NCBI GenBank assembly: GCA_965220135.1
Contig: OZ244802.1
Span: 1,295,794-1,359,793 of the forward strand
DNA length: 64,000 nt
Source of the DNA: Chloroflexota bacterium
GTDB taxonomy: Bacteria; Chloroflexota; UBA11872
Direction: 5' to 3'
Each line of letters begins with the position of its first letter. Position 1 is the first letter of the stretch. The position numbers and the translations under genes were made by a program. Below the pieces are notes generated by a model. That model was given only the letters and a program-made list of their open reading frames with translations, made no database searches and had not been told where the DNA came from. Of this stretch, positions 39,103 to 48,276 are shown piece by piece.

Positions 39103-39882
39103 ATGCTTACGCGCCGCGTGATTCCGTGCCTGGACGTGAAGAATGGACGCAACGTCCGCGGTGTACGCTTTTCGGCAGACATCGACGCCGGCGACCCGGT
39201 CGAACTGGCTGCGCGCTACGACCGCGAAGGCGCTGACGAGCTCGTCTTTTACGACATCACCGCGTCGGCCGAGGGCCGCAGCATCATGGTGGACCTCGTG
39301 GAGCGTGTGGCCTCGCAAGTCTTCATCCCACTTTCGGTCGGCGGCGGCGTCCGAACGATCGACGATATGTACCTGATGCTGCGCAGCGGCGCCGAGAAAG
39401 TCTCCATTAACAGCGCGGCGCATCAGAATCCTGACCTGATTGGTGCCTGCGCCGATCGTTTCGGTTCGCAATGCGTCGTGCTCTCCATCGACGCCCTGCG
39501 TGACCCGGGCAGCGATCCGCCGAGCTGGACGATCTACCTCAACGGCGGGCGCATACGCACCAACCTTGACGCCGTCGAAACCGCGCAGCTCGGACAGGAA
39601 CGTGGTGCTGGCGAAATCGTGCTCAACAGCATCGACGCGGACGGAACGCGTGAGGGCTACGACGTGGAGTTTCTACGCGCCGTCACCGAGAGCGTATCGA
39701 TTCCAGTCGTCGCCTCCGGCGGCGCGGGATCGTTGGAGCACCTGCGGGATGCGGTAACGCTCGGGAAGGCCCACGCCGTTCTGGCAGCGTCGATATTTCA
39801 CTTCGAGGTTTACAGCGTGCGCGAGGCGAAAGAGTTCATGGCCGCATCGGGCATCCCGATGCGGCTGGACCCCTACGGATAG
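39103..39882 (+). CDS. hisF: imidazole glycerol phosphate synthase, cyclase subunit
   Basis: [32 protein letters not shown] and VVASGGAG blocks. Confidence 0.95.
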   Translation: MLTRRVIPCLDVKNGRNVRGVRFSADIDAGDPVELAARYDREGADELVFYDITASAEGRSIMVDLVERVASQVFIPLSVGGGVRTIDDMYLMLRSGAEKVSINSAAHQNPDLIGACADRFGSQCVVLSIDALRDPGSDPPSWTIYLNGGRIRTNLDAVETAQLGQERGAGEIVLNSIDADGTREGYDVEFLRAVTESVSIPVVASGGAGSLEHLRDAVTLGKAHAVLAASIFHFEVYSVREAKEFMAASGIPMRLDPYG

Positions 39883-40029
39883 CCCAAGACTGTCACTGCG
39901 GGTTCTAGGTGCAGACCGTGAGTCCGGCCGCTCCGGGCCAACATCTGGCCCGTGCGCTTGCGAAGAACAGCCAAGGGCTGGCATCTGCACCTTGGCAGTA
40001 GCCGCACACGACTTATGTCGGTGTCTCGG

Positions 40030-40140
40030 CTATCCGTCCTCGGCCGAGCCGCGAATCAGTGAGTAGATCCAGTAGAGGAGTCCGATGATGAGACCTCCAA
40101 AAGAGACCCCGATCACGAGATAGAAAACAACTGTCTGCAT
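40030..40140 (-). CDS. candidate 36-aa single-pass membrane micro-protein
   Basis: Below the ORF-track size cutoff. My translation is MQTVVFYLVIGVSFGGLIIGLLYWIYSLIRGSAEDG, then TAG. The ATG is preceded by GGAGGA with an 8-nt spacer (minus-strand GGAGGAAGTCCGGAATG). Confidence 0.45.
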   Translation of the reverse strand: MQTVVFYLVIGVSFGGLIIGLLYWIYSLIRGSAEDG

Positions 40141-40317
40141 TCCGGACTTCCTCCAGTTTGGCCCGTGCATAGGGGCTGGGCTGGCTCGGACGTACCGGCC
40201 CTGCCCACACGCCAGACGGGGCCACGCCCGAGATTATGCCTAACATCTCCCATTCGCGCATACCGCCGCGCGACGCCTCCGTCCCGGTGCCACCCCGGAC
40301 GCAGCCTCCGACCCGCG

Positions 40318-41670
40318 TTACGGGGCGGTGCAGTTGGGTGAAGGCTGCTGGCTGCCGTCAGATATCTCCGGAGAGAGAACCCGCGAGTCCGGTGCCGCAT
40401 GCACGTGCGTGCGTACCTTGCCCAGCACCACCACGCTCAGCAGGAAATAGATTCCCATCAGCGCAAAGACTGCGCGAAAGCCATATCCCGGCGCGATCTG
40501 GTTCACGACGTCGAGCGCGATTCCAGCCGAGAGCGTTGCCAGCGCATCCCCGCCGGCCGTAGCCACGTTCGTCAACCCCATGTAGAGCCCGGCCGCGCGC
40601 GCATCGGGAACCAAATCGATCGCCGCGGCCCAGTCTGCGGCCGTGAACAGACCAAGCCCGACTCCCAGGAGGGTGGCAAACGCAACAACTTGAACGAAAT
40701 CCTGCGCGAATACCAGGAGGACAGCCGAACCCAAGCCAAGGCACGATCCAGCGGCCACCAGCCGCAACCGGCCGAATCGGTCAGATGCCCAACCCGCCGG
40801 GATGCTCGTGAGCACGGCCAGGATCAACACCGTGCCCAGCACGATCGTCGTCTTGCCCTCAGGGCTATCGTCGCCGAGTCCCTGCCGAAAGAAAAGCTGA
40901 AGAAAATTGTCCATCGACTGCAAGCCCATAAAGAACAGGAGGCGCGATCCCATCAGCCAGACAAAGGCTTGCTTTCCGCGCAATTCACCAATGCGACGCC
41001 GAATCTCTTTCCAGACAGGCCCGTACGACTCCGGTGGCGGCGGTGGCGACTCCCGCACGAAAACCCAGGTCAGCAGAGACATGGCCGCCAGCACAATGGC
41101 AATCGTCAGCAAGGCCAAGAGCACCTGACCTTCGGCTAGGAATTGGCCGGCGACTGCGGCGCCCAGAATCGTGCCGATGAGATTCGCAATGCCAAAGAAC
41201 CCCGACGCCCTGCCCCGGGCGGACGGTGGTACCTGGTCGGGAATCACCCCCTGGTAAGGCCCGTGGGCAATGTTGCCGCCGACCTGCACGCCGACTACGG
41301 CGAGGAACAACAACCAGTAGTACGGCGACAGACCAATGACCACCAGGAACGGAATGACGAAGAGCACGCCGGCGACCATGAACGGACGGCGACGACCAAT
41401 CCGGAACTGGGCCCGGTCGCTGACCGCACCCGCAAACGGTTGCACCACAATCGCGATGGCCAGGCCCACGAAGACGACCGCGCCAATGGCCGTGCCCTGA
41501 ACCTTCGATCCCACCATGTCGGGAATCACCGCGGGCAGGACTTGGATGTTTATGGCCCCCCACATGAATGAGAGGCCGACCCAGAACAGGCTGATGCGTG
41601 TGAAGAACCAGCCCGACGACCGCGCTTCGGCCGACTGAGATTCCGTGCTCATGGCAGCGGGGCTCGCCAT
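40318..41670 (-). CDS. MFS transporter (12-TMS)
   Basis: About 12 hydrophobic segments and a loop 2-3 motif SDRAQFRIGRRRP. The track ORF starts at 41790, but the first 40 residues are R/P/S-rich, so ATG 41670 (or 41652) is more plausible. Confidence 0.8.
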   Translation of the reverse strand: MASPAAMSTESQSAEARSSGWFFTRISLFWVGLSFMWGAINIQVLPAVIPDMVGSKVQGTAIGAVVFVGLAIAIVVQPFAGAVSDRAQFRIGRRRPFMVAGVLFVIPFLVVIGLSPYYWLLFLAVVGVQVGGNIAHGPYQGVIPDQVPPSARGRASGFFGIANLIGTILGAAVAGQFLAEGQVLLALLTIAIVLAAMSLLTWVFVRESPPPPPESYGPVWKEIRRRIGELRGKQAFVWLMGSRLLFFMGLQSMDNFLQLFFRQGLGDDSPEGKTTIVLGTVLILAVLTSIPAGWASDRFGRLRLVAAGSCLGLGSAVLLVFAQDFVQVVAFATLLGVGLGLFTAADWAAAIDLVPDARAAGLYMGLTNVATAGGDALATLSAGIALDVVNQIAPGYGFRAVFALMGIYFLLSVVVLGKVRTHVHAAPDSRVLSPEISDGSQQPSPNCTAP

Positions 41671-41897
41671 GGGACTCGTTGAGTAGTCAGGCCGTCGCTG
41701 CCCGTCGTCGAGAACACTCTCAGACCCCAGCCGCCTGGCGGACAAGGCTAGCCGAGGTCCCGCCGAGGGACCAGTCGCACGCCTGTGCAACTCGCTTGTC
41801 GAGCTGGCGTCTCTGTCGGCCTACCGCCTCACCGGAAGCAAAGGTCCGCGGTCCGCGCTCGTATAGACTTCGCCCATTGTCGCCCGCGAGACTGCCC

Positions 41898-43007
41898 GTG
41901 CCCGCCAACCCCATTACGTTTCTTGTCCTCGGTACCGGCCGCATGGCCCACCGGCACGCGGCCGCCCTGGCGAAGATTCGCGCTCAACCAGAACTCGTCG
42001 ACGGCGAGGAAATCCCGGTGATTCTGGGTGTTTACGGACGCACGCCCGAGCGTCTGCGCGAGATCTTCCACGCGTACAACGCCGACTTCTCCAGCGACCA
42101 TCTGGAAGGCTCCGTAGGGCGCTTCGACGTGGATGTGGTCGACAACTGCCTCGTCAACCGGCTGCACTTTGACCCGCTGATGCAGGCCATCGGCGACGGC
42201 AAGCACGTATTCACAGACAAGCCCCTAGGCGCCACGCTGGAAGAGTCCGAGGAGCTTCTGGCGGCCGCTACGGCGGCCGGCGTCCGCCACGGCATCATCC
42301 AGAACATGCGGTTCCAGGGCGGACCGCAGGCGGCCAGGGCCATTCTGGAATCGGGCGACCTCGGCGACGTGTTTCATGCGCGCGTGGTGTTTGGCTACTT
42401 CGTCCCGCCGCTAGTGGCCAACCGGCCACCCTGGTTTTTCAAGCGCGAAGAGTCCGCGGGCGGCGTGGTGCATGACATGATGGCGCACTTCTACGACCTC
42501 CTCGGCTGGCTGGTGGGCCCCATTGCCAGCACGCACTGCCTGACGTTCGAGGGCATCACCGATCGCGAGGACCCGGAGTCTGGGCCATTTCACAGCGATG
42601 TCGAGGACTCCTGCGCGGTCAACCTGCGCTTCGAAAACGGCGCCATTGGCCAGGTATTTTCGAGTTGGGTGCGCCGCCGCCACGAGGACGTGCCGACCAT
42701 CGAGATCGACTGCAGCCGCGGCGGACTCCTCGTCACAGCCAACCGCTGCTGGGTGCAGCGCGGCCACGGTCCGCTCTTCTCCTATGACCCGGCCGCCGAG
42801 CAGGGAGACCCGTTGGACGGCTGGGACACGGTCTCGACTGTCGCCGTCGACCCGTTCGAAGTTCAGCTCCGCGCCTTTGTACGCAGCGTCGCCACCGGCG
42901 CCGAATACTCTCCAGACTGGAACGAGGCGCTACGCACTCACCGCTGGGTCGAGGCGGCCTACGAGTCGGCCGTCAGTGGTCGCGAAGTCTCCATCGCACA
43001 GGACTAG
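41898..43007 (+). CDS. Gfo/Idh/MocA family oxidoreductase
   Basis: Rossmann start ITFLVLGTGRMAHRHA, a FTDKP motif, and a C-terminal dimerisation domain. GTG 41898 is preferred; the track ORF 41679 includes an implausible R/P-rich leader. Confidence 0.8.
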   Translation: MPANPITFLVLGTGRMAHRHAAALAKIRAQPELVDGEEIPVILGVYGRTPERLREIFHAYNADFSSDHLEGSVGRFDVDVVDNCLVNRLHFDPLMQAIGDGKHVFTDKPLGATLEESEELLAAATAAGVRHGIIQNMRFQGGPQAARAILESGDLGDVFHARVVFGYFVPPLVANRPPWFFKREESAGGVVHDMMAHFYDLLGWLVGPIASTHCLTFEGITDREDPESGPFHSDVEDSCAVNLRFENGAIGQVFSSWVRRRHEDVPTIEIDCSRGGLLVTANRCWVQRGHGPLFSYDPAAEQGDPLDGWDTVSTVAVDPFEVQLRAFVRSVATGAEYSPDWNEALRTHRWVEAAYESAVSGREVSIAQD

Positions 43008-43024
43008 ACGTGCCTCCGGCGGTC

Positions 43025-43444
43025 TCAACCTTGCTTTGGAATTAGCTCGACGAGATCACCCGGAAGTACAACGCCGCCTCGCGTGACCACACCCAGCATC
43101 CCGCGGCGTCCTCGCAGTTCTTCTTGGAGCCCCGGACGCAAGACGTCCATCTTGTAGCAGGGCGCGCACGGATGCGAGATCAACACCTCGGCGTCGACGC
43201 CGAATCGGAGCCGGTCGCCTTCGGCGAGGTCGGCAACGTCCACACCGCGCGTTGCAATGTTCTCGCGGATGTCTCCCGCCCGAAGCTGCAGTCGGTCCAG
43301 CGTCTCGACATCCATCACCAGGACCTGGTTTCGCTTCTCCGGCCGCGCGTGCCGATCGCCTTCAATACCCAGCCCCTCAATTAGGTTGACGCTGGACATC
43401 TCTTCATTGCGACTCGGCTTCGGCGACACTCGAACCCAGGCCAC
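43025..43444 (-). CDS. MOSC domain-containing protein
   Basis: GLGIEGDRHA, AGDIRENIATRGVDV, and ISHPCAPCYKMD (conserved Cys). GTG 43444 avoids overlap with the upstream gene, but the start is uncertain. Confidence 0.75.
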   Translation of the reverse strand: MAWVRVSPKPSRNEEMSSVNLIEGLGIEGDRHARPEKRNQVLVMDVETLDRLQLRAGDIRENIATRGVDVADLAEGDRLRFGVDAEVLISHPCAPCYKMDVLRPGLQEELRGRRGMLGVVTRGGVVLPGDLVELIPKQG

Positions 43445-43458
43445 GTGCGGCGGCAGGC

Positions 43459-44289
43459 TCACAGGGATTCGAGAAGTCGCATCAGGGCGGCGTGCGCTTC
43501 GCACCACACGTCCGCGCTATCGCGACCACGGCCGGCGTCGGTGCCCGATAGGTGGGGTTCGAGCGACAAGTAGGCCACCTGCTCGGGATCGGCCGCGCCC
43601 AGCACATCGGCCAGTTGACCGTCGCCGGCGCCAGCCGGCACCCAGTCGGCGACCGTAGTGTCGTAGTCCTTCACATGGACCATTCGCGTTGCCACGCCAA
43701 GTACGGGCCATCCCTCGTCAAACGGCCGAACACCAGCCCTCACAAAGTTGCCTGGATCGAAGCACATCCTGATCGGTGCGCCCTCCAGCGCCAGGAACTC
43801 GGCGCAGGCGGCGGGCGTATCGTCATACAGGTCGTGTTCGTTTTCCAGACTTAGCGTGAGGCTCGGATCGAGTGAAGCCAGGTGCTCGGCAACGCGCCGG
43901 AATTTGTACAGCGCCGCCGGGCGGTCGCCTGGCAGCGGCTCACCGTGCTCAGGCTGGAACCCGAAAACCCGAATGTATGAGGCATCCAGGGCCTGAGCCG
44001 CGCGCACCGCGCCTTCGAGTTGCCGAAACTGTGCCTGAAGATCGGACTCCAACGGCGCCTTACCGACCGGAGAGCCGATCTGCGAACAGGCCATCCCGTG
44101 GTCGTCCAACATCCGACGCATGACTTGAAGATCAGCGTCCGACATTTCGACGATGTTCTTTGTATCGCCGCCCGGCAATTGGATTCGGCGCGGCTCCAGC
44201 GCATCCACCCCGAGGTCGGACATTACGCGAAGTTGCACCGACAGCTCGTCGGAGATTTCGTCGCCGAATCCGGATACTCTGAACCTCAT
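43459..44289 (-). CDS. sugar phosphate isomerase/epimerase (xylose isomerase-like TIM barrel)
   Basis: MRFRVSGFGDEIS start and the typical alternating pattern with LENEH and HVKD metal-ligand blocks. ATG 44289 is preferred. Confidence 0.8.
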   Translation of the reverse strand: MRFRVSGFGDEISDELSVQLRVMSDLGVDALEPRRIQLPGGDTKNIVEMSDADLQVMRRMLDDHGMACSQIGSPVGKAPLESDLQAQFRQLEGAVRAAQALDASYIRVFGFQPEHGEPLPGDRPAALYKFRRVAEHLASLDPSLTLSLENEHDLYDDTPAACAEFLALEGAPIRMCFDPGNFVRAGVRPFDEGWPVLGVATRMVHVKDYDTTVADWVPAGAGDGQLADVLGAADPEQVAYLSLEPHLSGTDAGRGRDSADVWCEAHAALMRLLESL

Positions 44290-44351
44290 GCGTGCATTGT
44301 TGCACCGAACGCTCAACACTGCGACGCGGGCCGCGGCTAGAGGAATCTGAC

Positions 44352-45095
44352 GTGCCCGCGATTATTGGCGTCACGTCGGGTGATGCGTATCGAGAGCGCT
44401 CAGCCGAAGGCGTGCCGAATCGGCCCCACGCCGCTTTGAAGCAAGACTACCTGGATGCAGTCGCTGGAGCGGGTGCAATCCCGCTCGTCGTTTCTCCAGA
44501 AGCCACGTCGGCAACCGACCTGGTGGTGTCGCGCATCGAAGGTCTCATGCTGGTGGGCGGCCTGGACGTGCATCCTTCCAGCTACGGGGAACCGCTACTG
44601 AACGATACGGTCGACCCAAGCCCCGATCGCGATGCGCTGGAGTTGGCCCTGCTCCGCAGTGCGCTCAGTCTCCGCGTGCCAATCTTGGCAATCTGCCGGG
44701 GCCACCAGGTACTCAACGTTGCACGCGGCGGATCGCTCTGGCAGGACCTTCCGACCCAGCGACCCGATGGCCTGCGCCACAGCCAACGTGGCGATCCGCA
44801 CTCGCCCGGCCACACACTCTCCGTGGCCGACGGATCACTGCTTCGCCAAATCGTCGGCTCCGAGCACCTGGAGGCGAACTCCTTTCACCATCAGGCGGTA
44901 CGCGAACTCGGTCGGGGGCTGCGACCCACGGCGTGGAGCTCCGACGGCCTGATTGAAGCCGTCGAGGATCCAGCCCACCGATTCGTGCTGGGGGTGCAGT
45001 GGCACCCCGAGGAAATGTTGGACTCCGCCCCCCACCGTGCGATCTTCGCCTCGTTCGTGGAAGCATCGGAGGAACAAGCCCGGGACTCGGGCTGA
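44352..45095 (+). CDS. gamma-glutamyl-gamma-aminobutyrate hydrolase-like class I glutamine amidotransferase (peptidase C26)
   Basis: Nucleophile elbow ILAICRGHQVLNV and His motif GVQWHPE. GTG 44352 is preceded by AGAGGAAT. Confidence 0.85.
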   Translation: MPAIIGVTSGDAYRERSAEGVPNRPHAALKQDYLDAVAGAGAIPLVVSPEATSATDLVVSRIEGLMLVGGLDVHPSSYGEPLLNDTVDPSPDRDALELALLRSALSLRVPILAICRGHQVLNVARGGSLWQDLPTQRPDGLRHSQRGDPHSPGHTLSVADGSLLRQIVGSEHLEANSFHHQAVRELGRGLRPTAWSSDGLIEAVEDPAHRFVLGVQWHPEEMLDSAPHRAIFASFVEASEEQARDSG

Positions 45096-45117
45096 CACCC
45101 GTCTACAATGTGCGCAG

Positions 45118-45202
45118 GCCGAGGTGGCGGAATCTGGTAGACGCGCTAGCTTGAGGGGCTAGTGGCCTTCGGGCTGTGCGGGTTCGAGTCCCGCCCTCGG
45201 CA
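45118..45202 (+). tRNA. tRNA-Leu (anticodon GAG), type II with long variable arm
   Basis: Folded by hand. Acceptor GCCGAGG/CCTCGGC. D-arm region TGGCGGAATCTGGTAGACGC. Anticodon stem CTAGC/GCTAG with loop TTGAGGG (GAG). Variable arm TGGCCTTCGGGCTGT. T-arm GCGGG-TTCGAGT-CCCGC. Discriminator A. CCA is not encoded. Confidence 0.9.
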
Positions 45203-45390
45203 CCCGCAGTTCTTGTCGCGCGCGAGTCGATGACCGCTTGAATGCAAGACGCGCACACAGCACTGCAAGGAAACAGGCGCAATGCCACACATTCGGGTGC
45301 CGTCCCACAGAAGCCAATTCGGACGGCCGGCGGGTATGCGAACGCACGTGGGGCACAGGACGCAGCGCCAGAGGTGACAGAGCTGTGGGA

Positions 45391-46776
45391 ATGATCGCCG
45401 CACGTAGCCTCTACCGCGGCCAGCATCTTCGTCGCCTCATCGTCGTTATGTCAGCAATCGCGGCCATCGTGCTGCTCGCCTGGCAATCTACCGGGGCGGC
45501 TCTTGCGGATGAGTCGCATGTCTCGGTGATACGGATCGACGGGACCATCGATTCGCTCACAGCCGGGCACATCGGACGGACTCTTGATCAGGCACACAGC
45601 GATGGCGCCACGCTCTTCGTCATTCAGCTGGACACGCCAGGCGGACGGCTTGAATCCACGCGTGAAATCGTGGAGCACATGCTCGAATCGGAGATCCCAA
45701 TCGCGGTCTACGTATCGCCGGCTGGCGCCAGGGCTGCCTCGGCCGGGACCTTCGTGCTGGCCGCAGCCCACGTTGCCGTGATGGCTCCGGGGACAAGCGT
45801 AGGGGCGGCCACTCCAGTTGGCACAGGAGGCGCCGAGCTACCCGCCACCCTCTCGCGCAAGGTCAGTGAAGGTACGCAAGCCTTTATTCGGAGCATCGCG
45901 CAGGTCCGCAATCGCAACGCTGACGCATTGGAAGCCACCGTGTCCAGGGCCTTGGCGTATTCGGCCAAGGAAGCAGTTGAGCAGAACATCGCGGACCTGA
46001 TCCTTCCCGATATGAACTCGATGCTCGAGCAGTTACACGGACGCACCGTCGAAACCGCGGCTGGCCCAGTGGTCATCTCGTCCGTGGGTGGGAATGTCAG
46101 CAGGGTTGACCGAACACTGCTCGAACGTGCCCTTGACCTCCTCGCGAACCCCAATGTTGTCCTTGCGCTGTTTCTCATCGGAGGAATCGCTGTTCTTGTT
46201 GAGATTTCCGCTCCCGGGATGCTGGCGCCTGGGATCGCCGGAGCAATTGCGCTCGCCTTGGCATTTGTCGGGTTCTTCAGCCTGCCTGGCAGTTGGGGCG
46301 GACTGCTGCTTATCGCGCTAGCGCTGGGACTCTTCTACGCCGAGGCGTCGGCGCCTGGATTCAGCCTCTTCGGCGCCGGTGGGCTGGTTGCGCTTGTCCT
46401 TGGTTCGGTCTTCCTCTTTGGAGACTCCTCGGGTTCGTCGGACTTTCCGGAGCCGAGTTACATGGTGAGCCCAATCATGATCGCGGTCGCAGCCGGGCTC
46501 ACAGCCGTAACCTGGGTCCTGTTCATTCGGTTTGTGAGGGTCGAGGGTGGAACGTCAAGCGGATTCCAGACAGAGGACGAGTCGCAATTGGAGGGGGCGT
46601 GGGGGGTGGCCCTCTCCGATCTCGAGCCGTCCGGGCGAGTCAGAGTAGCGAGCAAGGAATGGGCGGCGTCAACGGATCCAAGCGTTTCAATTCGTAAAGG
46701 CGACCAAGTCCGAGTCACGGGCGTCTACGGAGAAGTGCTCAAAGTTGAACGCCTGCTGCAGGAACGCAAGCGATGA
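45391..46776 (+). CDS. long-form NfeD: membrane-bound ClpP-class serine protease with a C-terminal OB-fold domain
   Basis: Signal/TM, then a ClpP/S49-like domain (LDTPGGRLEST, GARAASAGTFVLAAA), four or five TM helices, and a C-terminal NfeD OB domain (GRVRVASKEWAAS ... VRVTGVYGEVLKV). ATG 45391 is preferred. Confidence 0.85.
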   Translation: MIAARSLYRGQHLRRLIVVMSAIAAIVLLAWQSTGAALADESHVSVIRIDGTIDSLTAGHIGRTLDQAHSDGATLFVIQLDTPGGRLESTREIVEHMLESEIPIAVYVSPAGARAASAGTFVLAAAHVAVMAPGTSVGAATPVGTGGAELPATLSRKVSEGTQAFIRSIAQVRNRNADALEATVSRALAYSAKEAVEQNIADLILPDMNSMLEQLHGRTVETAAGPVVISSVGGNVSRVDRTLLERALDLLANPNVVLALFLIGGIAVLVEISAPGMLAPGIAGAIALALAFVGFFSLPGSWGGLLLIALALGLFYAEASAPGFSLFGAGGLVALVLGSVFLFGDSSGSSDFPEPSYMVSPIMIAVAAGLTAVTWVLFIRFVRVEGGTSSGFQTEDESQLEGAWGVALSDLEPSGRVRVASKEWAASTDPSVSIRKGDQVRVTGVYGEVLKVERLLQERKR

Positions 46777-46821
46777 GTCGGGCATAATCGAAGCCTATCG
46801 CAACGAACCAGGAGCCTGCTC

Positions 46822-48276
46822 ATGGCCGGCTTTCACACAGTAGGCCCCAATCACGCGCTCATCGTCTCGGGTGGCAGCGCCCAGCCGAAGCTGAAGGTTG
46901 GCGGCCGCATGTTCGTGCTGCCGATCCTGCAGAGGGCGCAGATGATTTCCTTGGAAGTCATGACGCTCCAGGTCAACACCGCCAGGGTCTATACGAAGGA
47001 GGGCGTCTCGGTTTCCGTCGATGGTGTAGCCCAGGTGAAGGTCGGGCGGAGCGAAGAGGCCATTCGTACCGCGGCCGAGCAGTTCTTGGGCAAGAACGCC
47101 ACGCAGATCGCCGAAGTCGCGCTGCAGACCCTCGAGGGTCAGCAGCGCGCCATTCTAGGAACGATGACGGTCGAGGACATCTACCGCGACCGTGTGGCGT
47201 TTGCGGAGCAAGTGCGGGACGTAGCGGCGACTGACATGACCAACATGGGGTTGGAGATCGTTAGCTTTTCGATCCGCGACATCCAGGACGAGCAGGGCTA
47301 CCTGGAGGCTCTTGGTGTTCGCCGGACCGCCGAAGTCAAACGGGACGCCGCGATCGGCGAGGCCCAGGCTGAGCGGGATGCCGGCATCAAGGAAGCCTCC
47401 GCTGACCAGCAGCGGCAGGCCGCGCGGTTTGCCGCCGACACTGAGATCGCTAACTCCGAACGTGACTACCAAACAAGAAAGGCCGGGTACGACCAGGAAG
47501 TCAACGCCAGGCGCGCCGAGGCCGAGTTGGCCTACGCATTGCAGGAAGCAAAGACTCGCCAACGGATCCGCGAGGAAGAGTTGCAGGTGGAGGTTGTCGA
47601 GCGGCAAAAGCAGATTGAGATTCAGGTGCAGGAAATCACTCGGCGCGAACGGGAGTTGGACGCCACGATTCGGCGTCCCGCCGAGGCCGAACGCGACCAG
47701 TTGGAATTGATCGCCGAAGGTAACCGGCGGCGCACCAGGGTCGAATCGGAAGCCGAGCGGTACAAGTTGGAGACGGTCGCCGAAGGCGAACGCACCCGGA
47801 TCATCGCCGAGGCCCAGGCGGGCGCCGAGTCGATCAGGCTGCGTGGCCAGGCCGATGCCGACGCCATCAGGGCGCGTGGTGAGGCCGAAGCCGACGCCAT
47901 TCGAGCCCAGGGTCTCGCCGAAGCCCAGGCAATGAACAAGAAGGCCGACGCCTGGAAGGAATACGGCCAGGCGGCCATGATCCAACAGCTGTTTGACTCG
48001 CTGCCCGACGTTGCGTCCGCGGTTGCGCAGCCGCTGGCCAAGACCGACAGCATCGTGGTGATCAGCAATGGCGGCGACAACGGATCGGGCGCAGGCGCCA
48101 GCAAAGTGACGCAGGACGTGTCGTCCACCATCGCGCAGTTGCCGGCACTGGTGCAGTCGCTCACGGGCGTTGACCTGATCAGTTCACTGAAAAACCTGCC
48201 TGGCATCGTGTCCGACGAGTCTGCGCAGAACAGCACAGTCGAGCAGGCGGATTCGGCGCCCGAGGACAGAGAATAG
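46822..48276 (+). CDS. flotillin / SPFH (band 7) domain protein
   Basis: SPFH domain followed by a long EA-rich coiled-coil (RRAEAELAYALQEAKTRQRIREEELQVEV ... AEAQAGAESIRLRGQADADAIRARGEAEADAIRAQGLAEAQA). 484 aa. Confidence 0.9.
   Translation: MAGFHTVGPNHALIVSGGSAQPKLKVGGRMFVLPILQRAQMISLEVMTLQVNTARVYTKEGVSVSVDGVAQVKVGRSEEAIRTAAEQFLGKNATQIAEVALQTLEGQQRAILGTMTVEDIYRDRVAFAEQVRDVAATDMTNMGLEIVSFSIRDIQDEQGYLEALGVRRTAEVKRDAAIGEAQAERDAGIKEASADQQRQAARFAADTEIANSERDYQTRKAGYDQEVNARRAEAELAYALQEAKTRQRIREEELQVEVVERQKQIEIQVQEITRRERELDATIRRPAEAERDQLELIAEGNRRRTRVESEAERYKLETVAEGERTRIIAEAQAGAESIRLRGQADADAIRARGEAEADAIRAQGLAEAQAMNKKADAWKEYGQAAMIQQLFDSLPDVASAVAQPLAKTDSIVVISNGGDNGSGAGASKVTQDVSSTIAQLPALVQSLTGVDLISSLKNLPGIVSDESAQNSTVEQADSAPEDRE

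Noticed and set aside
40013-40261. 82-aa track ORF overlapping the micro-ORF locus.
   Set aside because: R/P/S-rich, no SD, and no hydrophobic or motif structure. The 36-codon frame with GGAGGA upstream is the more credible reading.
45203-45390. A genomic island integrated at tRNA-Leu.
   Set aside because: I could see no integrase or recombinase, no repeat of the tRNA 3' end, and no obvious GC shift. The downstream genes (NfeD, flotillin) are ordinary chromosomal genes.
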